A DNA stretch of 64,000 nt. Source: Candidatus Bathyarchaeota archaeon (GTDB lineage Archaea; Thermoproteota; Bathyarchaeia; 40CM-2-53-6). The DNA lies in the NCBI GenBank assembly GCA_005882895.1, contig VBBD01000009.1, forward strand, positions 7,648 through 71,647. The letters are read 5' to 3'. This document shows, piece by piece, positions 9,277-18,488 of this stretch. Both the position numbers and the translations under genes were made by a program. The notes under the pieces are model-generated. The model was not told the origin of the DNA. It saw nothing but the letters and a program-made list of their open reading frames with translations, and did no database searches. Positions within the stretch are counted from its first letter, which is position 1, and every line of letters begins with the position of its first letter.

Positions 9277-10295
9277 ATGCCGATCTCACCCGCTGGTCCT
9301 TCGTCTCCTGAGCTCGCTCAGAGAAGCCTAATCATAGAGAGAATCGAGAGGGAGGCAAGGGTCCCGGACCTTGCTAATATTCTCACAAGTCGTCTGGCTC
9401 CGACTGACCTACAATCGTTGCTCTTGGAGGTCTACGGCCGCAGAGCGAAGAAGCGGAGCCCAAATTATTACTTGAGGATCACGTCTCAAACCGGTTCACC
9501 CCGCCTTCTGTCTCTAGTCCTCGACGTCTTCTTGAATGGGATCGCATCGCGTTCTCTCGACTACCTAAAGTCTTCCAGCCCATCGAACTCTCACCGGTCT
9601 GCCCGCTAGGAACAGTCTCTGCGCTATCCCCGATCAGTCAGGATTGGACCGTTTCGACGATTCGGAACACGGAGGTTGTCGCTGATTCGACAAACGTGCT
9701 AGCGATTGAGTGTGCAGTCAGACGCCGCGAGCAGAGGAACTTCTCTTCAGGTAAAGCGGCTTCGGTTCATCTAGCCGCGAGCCACCGCCTCTTAAGAGGC
9801 CAGAAATTTGGCGTCGGCCCCGATGCTAAACAACACTTCAGAATATTCACTCTGTGCAGTGCAGGCCGCGATACAGGGAACCTAATGTTTGAGACAGAGT
9901 CCTTGGGTAACCACGTAGGATTCTATCTTGCAGCGCTCAGACAGTTTCTAGGCGCTAAGAGAGCTCTCCGGGTTGCCATTTCTGACTTCGGGTCCAAAAC
10001 CCCGCGAGCGGCGGTTCAATCGGGAGTTCTCGAGAAGCTTCGATCTCGGTACAGGCGCGTCAAGGTCGGAATCGATCAGAGTCGGACACAGGGTAGAGGA
10101 TACTATGGCGAATTGTGTTTCAAGATATTCGCAACCGACTCCACTGCCAAAGAACGAGAGCTCGTCGATGGCGGAGACGTCAATTGGACCTAGAAGCTCC
10201 TCAACAACGCGAAGGAGCGTCTCATCATCAGCAGATGTGGCAGCGAGAGACTGTGCGAGCTCTTCGAGCCGGCCGCGTCCCCAAAGAGCGCTTAG
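9277..10295 (+). pseudogene. Disrupted class II aaRS-like hypothetical protein
   Basis: Frameshift near 9460 joins ORF 9277 to the frame of ORF 9696; in-frame TAG at 10191 is followed by KLLNNAKERLIISRCGSERL up to TAG 10293-10295. Confidence 0.7.
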
Positions 10296-10307
10296 GAGTC
10301 CGAGTCG

Positions 10308-10640
10308 TTACTGTCGTGCGCTTTTTTCCTTCTTCAGCAACTCGTCCAGCCGTTCAAAACTCTCGTCCCAGTACCGCTGGTACTCTGTGGCCCAAACAGC
10401 AATTTCCCGCAAGGGCCCGGCCTGCAGCCGGCACCAGCGTCGCTGGGCTTCGCGTCGGCGCTCGATGAGCCCTGCCTTCTCCAGGACCTTGAGGTGTTTG
10501 GAGACCGCAGGTTGGCTTATCGGCAGGGGCTCTGCCAGTTCTTGGACAGTGGCCTCGCCCTGCGCGAGCCGGGCGAGAATGGTGCGGCGTGTCGGGTCGG
10601 CTACGGCCTGGAAGGTTGCGGAGAGCGTATCGTCTTTCAA
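10308..10640 (-). CDS. ArsR/SmtB family transcriptional regulator
   Basis: FQAVADPTRRTIL, SQPAVSKHLKVLEKAGL. Confidence 0.93.
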   Translation of the reverse strand: MKDDTLSATFQAVADPTRRTILARLAQGEATVQELAEPLPISQPAVSKHLKVLEKAGLIERRREAQRRWCRLQAGPLREIAVWATEYQRYWDESFERLDELLKKEKSARQ

Positions 10641-11143
10641 TGCACGGTCCGCAGGAGCTCGTCGAGGCGGTCATAGCCTTCGTTCAAACCGCTTTCCATG
10701 TTGCTGGCTAGCATACCGTCGCGATGCTCCTTGCGCTCGAACTTGACGATGGATGTGACTGTGGTGCGGCCATTATGTTCATGGAAAAGGGCTGTCTGAA
10801 GCGATTCGCCTGGCATTCCTTCGAAATTCCAAGTCTGCACAATGCGCTCTGGGCGCACTATCTCGCGGAATTCGCCGTGGAAACCGTACTCGGTGCCGTC
10901 AGTGTCGATATGAGTAAAGTGCCATCGGCCGCCGGGGTGGACATCCATCTGCTCGATTGTCATCTTGTATTTTCGGGGTCCCATCCACTGGGAAAGGAGC
11001 TGTGGATCGGTGTATGCGCGGAACACGACGTCTCGGGGCGCCTCGAAAGTGCGTTCTATTCGGATCTCCGTATCATTAGGAGTTGTGATTGAGGCGGGTT
11101 TCGCGGTAGATTGTGAGGCTTTCATAACCTCATGCATAACCAC
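10637..11143 (-). CDS. SRPBCC/AHSA1 domain protein
   Basis: IERTFEAPRDVVFRAYTDP...WMGP; 4-nt overlap with the ArsR gene. Confidence 0.92.
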   Translation of the reverse strand: MVMHEVMKASQSTAKPASITTPNDTEIRIERTFEAPRDVVFRAYTDPQLLSQWMGPRKYKMTIEQMDVHPGGRWHFTHIDTDGTEYGFHGEFREIVRPERIVQTWNFEGMPGESLQTALFHEHNGRTTVTSIVKFERKEHRDGMLASNMESGLNEGYDRLDELLRTVH

Positions 11144-11151
11144 GTGGCTAT
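11136..11151. promoter_or_regulatory. Putative ArsR operator palindrome
   Basis: ATAACCACGTGGCTAT, a near-perfect inverted repeat over the start of the SRPBCC-ArsR operon. Confidence 0.55.
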
Positions 11152-11244
11152 ATAACTATTCTGTTAAGCTCGGGCATTGCACGAAACGAAGCCGAGACGA
11201 GAGTCACACTAAAACGCGGCTGGAGGCACTGATGGCTTGAGGCT

Positions 11245-11532
11245 TTGAGAGTGTGCAGGAATATCAGAATACTCTTCAATTTCGACCCGCCGGCCACAGA
11301 TGCAGAGGTTCGAGACGCTTCCCTACAGTTCGTTCGGAAGATTAGCGGGTTTCGTCAGCCGTCGAAGGCAAACGAACGATCATTCCGTGCCGCAGTTGAT
11401 GAGATAGCCCAAGTCTCTACCAGTCTTCTCCGTTCGCTTGAAACGAACGCGCAACCAAGGACCCGGGAGCAGGAGATTGCAAAAGCGAAGGCCCACTCTG
11501 CTGAGAGGTTTCGTGCTAGCGTGTCCGCCTAG
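11245..11532 (+). CDS. DUF2277 family protein
   Basis: CRNIRILFNFDPPATDAEVRDASLQFVRKISGF. Confidence 0.88.
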   Translation: MRVCRNIRILFNFDPPATDAEVRDASLQFVRKISGFRQPSKANERSFRAAVDEIAQVSTSLLRSLETNAQPRTREQEIAKAKAHSAERFRASVSA

Positions 11533-12486
11533 TCAGCCTTAACGTTCTCTAGGAATGTCGTGGATGGAACGAAGAAGAGGTTCCCTGTGACCGCCCGGCT
11601 GAAATCCAATAGTCGATCATAATTGCCTGGTGGCTTGCCGACGAACATGTTCTGAAGCATTTGCTCGATGGTGTGTGGTGAGCGACTGTATCCGATGAAG
11701 TATGTCCCGAACTCTTTCTGACCGGCATGTCCGAAGGGCATGTTGTCTCGGAGAATCTTGACCTCTCTACCACCTTCCACTATCTTGGTCAGAGCGTTGT
11801 GCGCATAGGTGGGCTTGACCCTTGTCGTCCAGCTCCACATCGTTCAGCTTCGTGCGTCCAACGATTTTTTCCTGTTTTTCCGTCGGTAGAACATTCCAGC
11901 CGGCCAGGTCATGGAGATACTTCTGAATGATCACGTAGCTGCCTGCAGCGAACGCAGGATCCTCGCTGGTTATGAGGGTGGCATCAATCGCGTCCTGACC
12001 CTTGGGGTTCTCTGTCCCGTCGACGAAGCCGATGAGGTCGCGGCTGTCAAAGTAACGGAACCCATGAACCTCATCCACCGGGCTGATTGCGGGTCCAAGC
12101 CGAGCCATAATCTGAGTCGCCAACTCGAAGCACAGGTCCATGCGCTGCGCCCGAATATGGAAGAGCATGTCACCCGGTGTTGAGACGGCATGACGCCTTC
12201 CCGCCCGTATCTCGCGAAACTTGTGCAGCTCTCTAGGCCGCGCCCTCCCGAAAAGCTGGTCCCAGGCCTCGGACCCAAACCCCAAAACACATGAAAGAGT
12301 TCCCTCCTGTTCACGAAATCCTACGGAGCGCACGAGCGCGGCTAGATCTGCGCAGAAAGATCGGATTGCAGCTCGATGCCCCGCACCCGGGTTGATGGTT
12401 ACGACCAGGAAGATCGCGGCGCGGGTCAGCGGTGTTGCGACAGGCTGTGGAAGAGCAGGTGGACCGTCTGACGCTCTGGGCGTCAT
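11529..12486 (-). pseudogene. Dyp-type peroxidase, frameshifted
   Basis: GFVDGTENP and IVGRTK in the first ORF; ILRDNMPFG...GTYFIGY in the second; one extra base in AAGGG near 11820. Confidence 0.88.
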
Positions 12487-12555
12487 AGGGCGGAGGTTCG
12501 CCTAGAGTGCTGAAAACGTTTGCCGTCTTTCCTCTAGTATTGCGTACTATCGAGG

Positions 12556-13419
12556 CTAGGCGGGTGTTGTCAGTTCGAGCTTCTTCTCTTCTTTCAGAAA
12601 GCTTAGCAATGCAGTGTTGACTTCGTCGGCGTGTGTCCAGGATATGAAGTGCGGCCCGCCCTTGACCACGACTAGACGTGCTCCAGGGACCAGTTTGGCT
12701 GTCCGCTGTCCCGAGGCGGCAAAGGGAACGATCCGGTCCGCATCACCATGAACGACTAGAGTAGGCACCTGAACGCGAGATAGATCCTTACGGAAATCCT
12801 CAAGCCACGTTGAGACACAGGCCAGACTGGCGGTTGCGGAGGCGCCTGCGGCGATATTCCAGCTGGACTGGACAGCTTGTTCGCTGACCCTAGTGCCTAG
12901 GAACTGGTCGGTGTTGTAGAAGTTCTTGAAAAACTCGGTGAAGAACGCATAACGGTCCACCTTGATCGCGGTCTTGATCCCCTCGAAGGCGCTGCCGTCG
13001 ACGCCTTCCGGGTTGTCCGGTGCCTTCAGAAGATATGGTGGGATTGACGAGATGAATACAGCTTTGCTAACGTCCTTTGAACCGTACCGTCCCATGTATC
13101 GTGCGACTTCGCCGCCGCCCATCGAGAAGCCTACCAGCGCGAAATCACGCAGGCCGAGGTGGCTTACGAGTTTGTGCAGGTCTTCGGCGAACGTGTCATA
13201 GTTGTAGCCCACGGTCGGCTTGCTCGACTTACCGAACCCCCTGCGGTCGTAGGTGATGACACGGTAACCGGCATCGAGCAGAACTGGGAGCTGTTTCTCC
13301 CAGGAGGCACCACTCAATGGATAGCCATGGATCAGTACGACTGGTTTACCCGAACCATGATCCTCGTAAAAGAGATCAATACTCCCAGAGTTTTCCTGAC
13401 CGACAATAACGACTGGCAT
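12556..13419 (-). CDS. Non-heme haloperoxidase/perhydrolase (BpoA2/Cpo-like alpha/beta hydrolase)
   Basis: LIHGYPLSGASW, YDRRGFG, GFSMG, HGDADRIVP, GPH. Confidence 0.92.
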   Translation of the reverse strand: MPVVIVGQENSGSIDLFYEDHGSGKPVVLIHGYPLSGASWEKQLPVLLDAGYRVITYDRRGFGKSSKPTVGYNYDTFAEDLHKLVSHLGLRDFALVGFSMGGGEVARYMGRYGSKDVSKAVFISSIPPYLLKAPDNPEGVDGSAFEGIKTAIKVDRYAFFTEFFKNFYNTDQFLGTRVSEQAVQSSWNIAAGASATASLACVSTWLEDFRKDLSRVQVPTLVVHGDADRIVPFAASGQRTAKLVPGARLVVVKGGPHFISWTHADEVNTALLSFLKEEKKLELTTPA

Positions 13420-13614
13420 AGAACTCGGCTCCCTATTGCGTTGTTCTTATGACTATTGGTTACCCAGGACAAATCCGTTTAGGTAGATCTGGTGGATTTC
13501 TTTTTTCTAGAACTTCTTAGAAAGGAGAATTGGCGAGCAACCCGGCCCTCTTTTCCGAACTCCGGGTTACCCCAAGGTTAAACGCTACGGGCAAATACTT
13601 ACCTCGTCCCAGGA

Positions 13615-14211
13615 ATGATTCCGAAATATTTCTTTTTGACGAAAGGTGTTGGAAAGCACAAAGAGAACTTGGCCAGTTTCGAGCTAGCCCTTCGAGATGC
13701 GGGTATTCAACACTGCAACCTCGTACCCGTGTCCAGCATAATTCCGCCCGGATGCAAGCTCATACCAAAAGAGAAGGGCATCCCAATGTTGCATGCTGGC
13801 GAGATCACGTTTGTCGTGCTCGCGAGAAATTGTACGGATGAGCCGCATAGGCTGATCGCATCATCAATTGGGATCGCGATTCCTTCTGAAGAGAATCAGT
13901 ATGGATATCTCTCCGAGCACCATTCTTTCGGACAATCAGAAGAGGTTGCTGGAGATTATTCGGAGGATCTTGCTGCTAGTATGTTGGCTACTACTATGGG
14001 GGTTGCTTTTGATCCGGCGACCGCTTGGGACGAGAGGAAGCAGCTTTTCATGTCCAGCGGCCTGATCATCAAGACGACTCAGGTAACGCAGTCTGCGACA
14101 GGGGACAAGAACGGGCTATGGACCTCAGTAGTCGCAGCAGCGGTGTTTCTGCCAGCAACCTCTGCGTCGGTGCAAGAACTTCTGCCCCCGTCAAACCAAC
14201 CTGCAGTCTGA
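13615..14211 (+). CDS. pdaD: Pyruvoyl-dependent arginine decarboxylase
   Basis: [22 protein letters not shown] (Ser-Ser self-cleavage site), GYLSEHH. Confidence 0.92.
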   Translation: MIPKYFFLTKGVGKHKENLASFELALRDAGIQHCNLVPVSSIIPPGCKLIPKEKGIPMLHAGEITFVVLARNCTDEPHRLIASSIGIAIPSEENQYGYLSEHHSFGQSEEVAGDYSEDLAASMLATTMGVAFDPATAWDERKQLFMSSGLIIKTTQVTQSATGDKNGLWTSVVAAAVFLPATSASVQELLPPSNQPAV

Positions 14212-14264
14212 CAACATGCATGCCCCGGACATTAAGACTTGTTTCCTTCGATTAACCTAGCGCT

Positions 14265-15002
14265 TTACTTCCATTTTGTGAGAATCTCTTCTCTCCGGAA
14301 AGTAGCCGTGCTAATCCGAAAAAGAACCAGATCAAGCGCTGCGACAATGGCAGAGATGAGGAGGAGATTGTTGGTGTCGAGCAATACCAGGCCTATCTCA
14401 CCTGCGACGTAGAGGGCCATGAATGGGAGGAACATGAGAGCTCCGAGCTGCGGTGCTGCACGCACGTCGCTAACCCTCGCGGACGCGATCACATTCAACT
14501 CGACGCTTAGTACCGCGGCTAGAGGAGCAAGAAGCAGGAGGATTACCCCGATGGCCCAGTTTGGAAAATACAGGTAACCGAGCGTGCGGTGAGTTACGTT
14601 ATCAGTGAGAATCATGAAGATTGTAGCGCCAGCATGGGTCGCGATGATGGTAGGCAGGAATGCTGCGATGCTCTTTCCGAGCAGGATCTCCCCATCAGTG
14701 GTTGGAGTAGCAAGGAGGGGTTCCAGACTCTTCTCAACCTTCTCGCCGACTATGCTGTAAGAGGCGATCGGAGTAGGAAGGAGCGCCGCGATAATGACAA
14801 AGAAGAAAGAGAACGAGTTCAGCAGTCCTGGGAGAACCGCAGCCGGTATTCCCCGGTTCCTATTTCCCTCGAACTTGATTACCAATGGGAACAGAATCGA
14901 AATCAGGAGAGGAAGTATGATGATCGTATAGCGGATCGTTCTTTTCCGTATGATTACCTTGAGGTCCTTGGTTGCACTTATCCACGAATTTCCGAGATTC
15001 AT
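14265..15002 (-). CDS. ABC-2 type permease
   Basis: GEKVEKSLEPLLATP motif, six TM segments. Confidence 0.88.
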   Translation of the reverse strand: MNLGNSWISATKDLKVIIRKRTIRYTIIILPLLISILFPLVIKFEGNRNRGIPAAVLPGLLNSFSFFFVIIAALLPTPIASYSIVGEKVEKSLEPLLATPTTDGEILLGKSIAAFLPTIIATHAGATIFMILTDNVTHRTLGYLYFPNWAIGVILLLLAPLAAVLSVELNVIASARVSDVRAAPQLGALMFLPFMALYVAGEIGLVLLDTNNLLLISAIVAALDLVLFRISTATFRREEILTKWK

Positions 15003-15919
15003 TTTGTCTCCTTCACGAGTTTCAGATAGGCATCTTCTAACGTTGAACCGAACACTGAAACGGATTGAACGTTGCCTCCTGCCTCCACAATCGCGCGCAC
15101 GATGACCGGATTCTCCTTTTCCGGATTCACTACGTCGATCGTTATTCTATTGTCGTCCCTGACCATTTTCCCGATCGATAGTCTCTTCAACGCGTTCAGG
15201 ACCGCCTCGTCAACCTGCTCTAGCTGGATTACGGTCTTCCTACCTGTTACTGAGCGTTCGAGTTCTTCGGGAGTACCCACGGCCATCAGCTTCGTGTTGA
15301 GTATCCCGATTCTATCGCAGATTCTTTGCGCTTCATCGAGGTTGTGCGTGTTTAGAAAGGTGGTCTTCTTCTCCTTCTTTAGCTCAAGAAGAAAGTCCCT
15401 GACTGTTTTTTACGATTCAGGGTCCAGGTTGACTGTCGGCTCGTCCAAGAACAGCACTTCCGGTTCATGAATGAGCGCGCGTGCTATCGCAAGTTTTTGC
15501 TTCATTCCCTTCGAAAATGCTCCAGCAGCAACGTCTTTCTTCTCCCAGAGTCCCAACATCTTGAGGAACCGTTGGATGTTCTCTCTCCTTTGCGTTTCTG
15601 TACATCTGTACAGCTTCCCGTAAAAATCCAAGTTGTCGTAGGCGGTCAAGTCATCGTAGAGACCCACACTATCAGGAACCAATCCGATGATCTTCCTGAT
15701 CTTCAAAGAATCTTCGTCGTTGCCAACCTCGTAACCTGGTATCTTGGCTGTTCCACTGGTCTTTGATATCAAACAGCAAAGCATCCTGACCGTAGTGGTC
15801 TTTCCCGCTCCATTGGGTCCCAGGAATCCGAAGACCTCTCCCTCCTCAACCCTGAGGGTTACCCCATCGACGGCGGTCAGGTCACCAAACTTCTTGGTGA
15901 GGTTCACAGTCTCAATCAA
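14999..15919 (-). pseudogene. ABC transporter ATP-binding protein with internal stop
   Basis: GPNGAGKTT, FSKGMKQK, FLDEPT, then TAA at 15410-15412; the same frame continues KTVRDFLLELKKEKKTTFLNTHNLDEAQRICDRIG to 14999. Confidence 0.88.
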
Positions 15920-16051
15920 ACTGTTATTCCGCCGCTTTTTGTGAATGGTGATACCAGTTTAAGGGCAAAGGTCCTTTCACGAGCCCTTTCGGAACTCAAT
16001 GCGGGTACGAGAGAACAGAATTGTTGATATCTGGTTCTATCTTTCCTTACA

Positions 16052-17455
16052 ATGATGATTCGAGTGGCTAAGACCCCGAGCGAGACTATCACTGAACGGA
16101 AGGACGAGATTCTCAACCAGATAGATTCTAGTAGCAACAAGTTTGTGGAACAGCTCCAGGCCTTATGCAGACAACCGAGCGTGTCAGCCCAGAACCAAGG
16201 ACTTATCGAGACGGCTGAACTGGTTAGCAAGTTTCTCAAGGAGACGGGCTTCACAGTAGAGCAGTTCTCTCCAAGCAAGGGTCCTCCTATAGTATTCGCT
16301 GAACTCTCATCCAAGACCGGGAGAAGAACGCTCGTCTTCTACAATCACTATGACGTGCAGCCGGTCGAGCCGGTTGAATTGTGGAAGAATCCACCATTCT
16401 CAGCGATAGTGGAGGACGGCCGGGTCTATGCTAGGGGAGCAAGCGACAACAAGGGAAACATCGCGTCCCGCTTATCGGCAATTAACGCGTTCCTGAAGGT
16501 GACTGGAACCGTTCCTTGCAATATCAAGTGGGTGATCGAGGGTGAAGAAGAAATTGGCAGCCCCCATTTCTCCGAGTTCATCACGCGGTACAAAGAGAGG
16601 CTGACCGGCGATTCTGCGATTTGGGAGTTCGGAGGCCTCGACTACGAGGATCGCCCCTTAGTCACGCTGGGCTTGAAGGGAATGCTCTATGTTGAGTTTA
16701 GAGTTCAAACCGCTCTGAAGGATTCTCATTCGGCTCGTGCTGCGGTCGTCGAGAATCCAGCGTGGCGTCTGGTCCGAATGCTGGACACGATCACTGACGA
16801 GGACGGCAGAATCATGATAGAAGGCTGGTACGACGATGTCAAACCATTCACTCAAGAAGAGCTGGAGGTCATCCGAGCGATGCCGTTGGAAGAACACAGT
16901 ATTCGAGACGAGCTAGGCGTCAAAAATTTCCTCTACGGCCTGACCGGATTCGAGTTCAAGAAAGCATTCTACGGAAACCCTACCGCGAACATCGCCGGAA
17001 TATGGTCAGGATACACAGGTCCAGGACACAAGACAGTTCTCCCGTCCGTTGCCCAAGCGAAGATGGACTTTCGCCTAGTACCAAACCAGGACCCGGTAAA
17101 GCTAGCGGGGAAGCTGAAACAGCACTTGGTCCGCCATGGGTTCGCAGACGTAGAAGTCGGCCTTCAGGCTGAGAATCCTGCCGCGCGAACACCTATCGAC
17201 GCCCCAATCGCGAAGATCGCAGCGCGTGCTGGGAGAGAAGTATTTCGCAAAGAGCCTGTTACGCTGGTAACTTCTGCGGCTTCAGGTCCCATGCACTATT
17301 TCACAAACATACTAGGGCTACCGACAGTGGCTATTGGCTGTAACCACGCCAAGAGCAATACTCACGCTCCTAACGAGAACCAGAGGATTGACGTGTTCGT
17401 CCAGGGAAGCAAGTGGATAGCACGGGTCATCGAGGAATTCGCGAAACAAGCCTAG
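16052..17455 (+). CDS. M20/M25/M40 family peptidase (ArgE/DapE-like)
   Basis: YNHYDVQP, ARGASDNKG, EGEEEIGS, HAPNE. Confidence 0.95.
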   Translation: MMIRVAKTPSETITERKDEILNQIDSSSNKFVEQLQALCRQPSVSAQNQGLIETAELVSKFLKETGFTVEQFSPSKGPPIVFAELSSKTGRRTLVFYNHYDVQPVEPVELWKNPPFSAIVEDGRVYARGASDNKGNIASRLSAINAFLKVTGTVPCNIKWVIEGEEEIGSPHFSEFITRYKERLTGDSAIWEFGGLDYEDRPLVTLGLKGMLYVEFRVQTALKDSHSARAAVVENPAWRLVRMLDTITDEDGRIMIEGWYDDVKPFTQEELEVIRAMPLEEHSIRDELGVKNFLYGLTGFEFKKAFYGNPTANIAGIWSGYTGPGHKTVLPSVAQAKMDFRLVPNQDPVKLAGKLKQHLVRHGFADVEVGLQAENPAARTPIDAPIAKIAARAGREVFRKEPVTLVTSAASGPMHYFTNILGLPTVAIGCNHAKSNTHAPNENQRIDVFVQGSKWIARVIEEFAKQA

Positions 17456-17539
17456 ATGCCCTCTACCCGATCTTCTTCCCCCGACGACGCAAGCCCTTTT
17501 GCGGACGAATCCTAAGCGCGGAGCCGCGGGTTCGGAAGA

Positions 17540-18004
17540 TTGGAAATCAGGCTTCTTCAGCACAGCGACTATTCCGGTGTTCGAGAAATTTACAAAGCCG
17601 TGAGTAACGAGTACCTGCAATATCAAAGACAAACGTCGGGAGAAGTATACGACCCAGTCAGACCTGACCTTGAAACCTCCCAACTCGACTTCTATGTTGC
17701 GACTCATTGTAGCTTCGCTGCGATAGAGAACGAAAGACTTCTCGGTGTTCTTCTGGCTCAGCCCCTCAGGTGGATCAATGACTGGGACAAAGTCCTCTGG
17801 CTTGAATACATCGCCGTTCAAGCTGCTCATAGGCGAAAAGGTATTGGCCTAGCTCTAATTTCAGCGGCCAAGGATTTCGCACGGAAACACGATATCAAAG
17901 GATTGTTTGCCACTCTGAATGTAGATAATGAAGAGTCAAAGAGTCTCCTGCTGAAGGCAAAATTCGAGGTGAAAGACTGGAGAATCGCGTCTTACTCAGC
18001 ATAG
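17540..18004 (+). CDS. GNAT family N-acetyltransferase
   Basis: IAVQAAHRRKGIG motif A. Confidence 0.88.
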   Translation: MEIRLLQHSDYSGVREIYKAVSNEYLQYQRQTSGEVYDPVRPDLETSQLDFYVATHCSFAAIENERLLGVLLAQPLRWINDWDKVLWLEYIAVQAAHRRKGIGLALISAAKDFARKHDIKGLFATLNVDNEESKSLLLKAKFEVKDWRIASYSA

Positions 18005-18010
18005 GGGCTT

Positions 18011-18475
18011 TTGGTCTCGTCAACACTTCTTGGCGCGGCTTTCGCCGGTCTAGTTGCGGCTGCTGTCATGACTTTGTTCGAGTTCCCTTTCTGGAAGACC
18101 TGGGGAATGAACGGCGTGGCTGAGTGGCAAACCAATTGGGTAATCATCTCTAAGCTCACCCGAGAACCTTCGAATCGAATTCAGTCACCAAGAATTTCAT
18201 GGACCATTGCCCTTCATTTGTGGCATGGAGTCGCTGCTGGTATCGTGTTCGGACTTCTTCTACCCTTTTTGACGGTACTTCCAACGGGGAGCATCTCGGT
18301 TCTTCTGGATGCCGTAGTCTACAGTGTTGCACTCTGGATCATCTTCATGATTGCACCTAGGAAAGCGTTCGAGTCTGCAGGTGGCACTCCAATTTCAAAC
18401 TGCAGCCTATTGGTTGCATTAGCGTCCCACTTTGTCTACGGGATCTCTCTGGGACTTCTTGTTACTATTGCCTAG
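18011..18475 (+). CDS. Four-TM membrane protein
   Basis: Hydrophobic helices with intramembrane His (LHLWHG, SHFVYG). Confidence 0.75.
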   Translation: MVSSTLLGAAFAGLVAAAVMTLFEFPFWKTWGMNGVAEWQTNWVIISKLTREPSNRIQSPRISWTIALHLWHGVAAGIVFGLLLPFLTVLPTGSISVLLDAVVYSVALWIIFMIAPRKAFESAGGTPISNCSLLVALASHFVYGISLGLLVTIA

Positions 18476-18488
18476 AATCGGCTCAGCT

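Noticed and set aside
10191-10193. Pyrrolysine read-through of the in-frame TAG
   Set aside because: The same gene also has a frameshift, no pyl genes are in the window, and a CAG-to-TAG mutation is simpler.
9973-10746. 257-aa plus-strand ORF
   Set aside because: Overlaps better-supported genes; Ser/Arg-rich shadow-frame composition.
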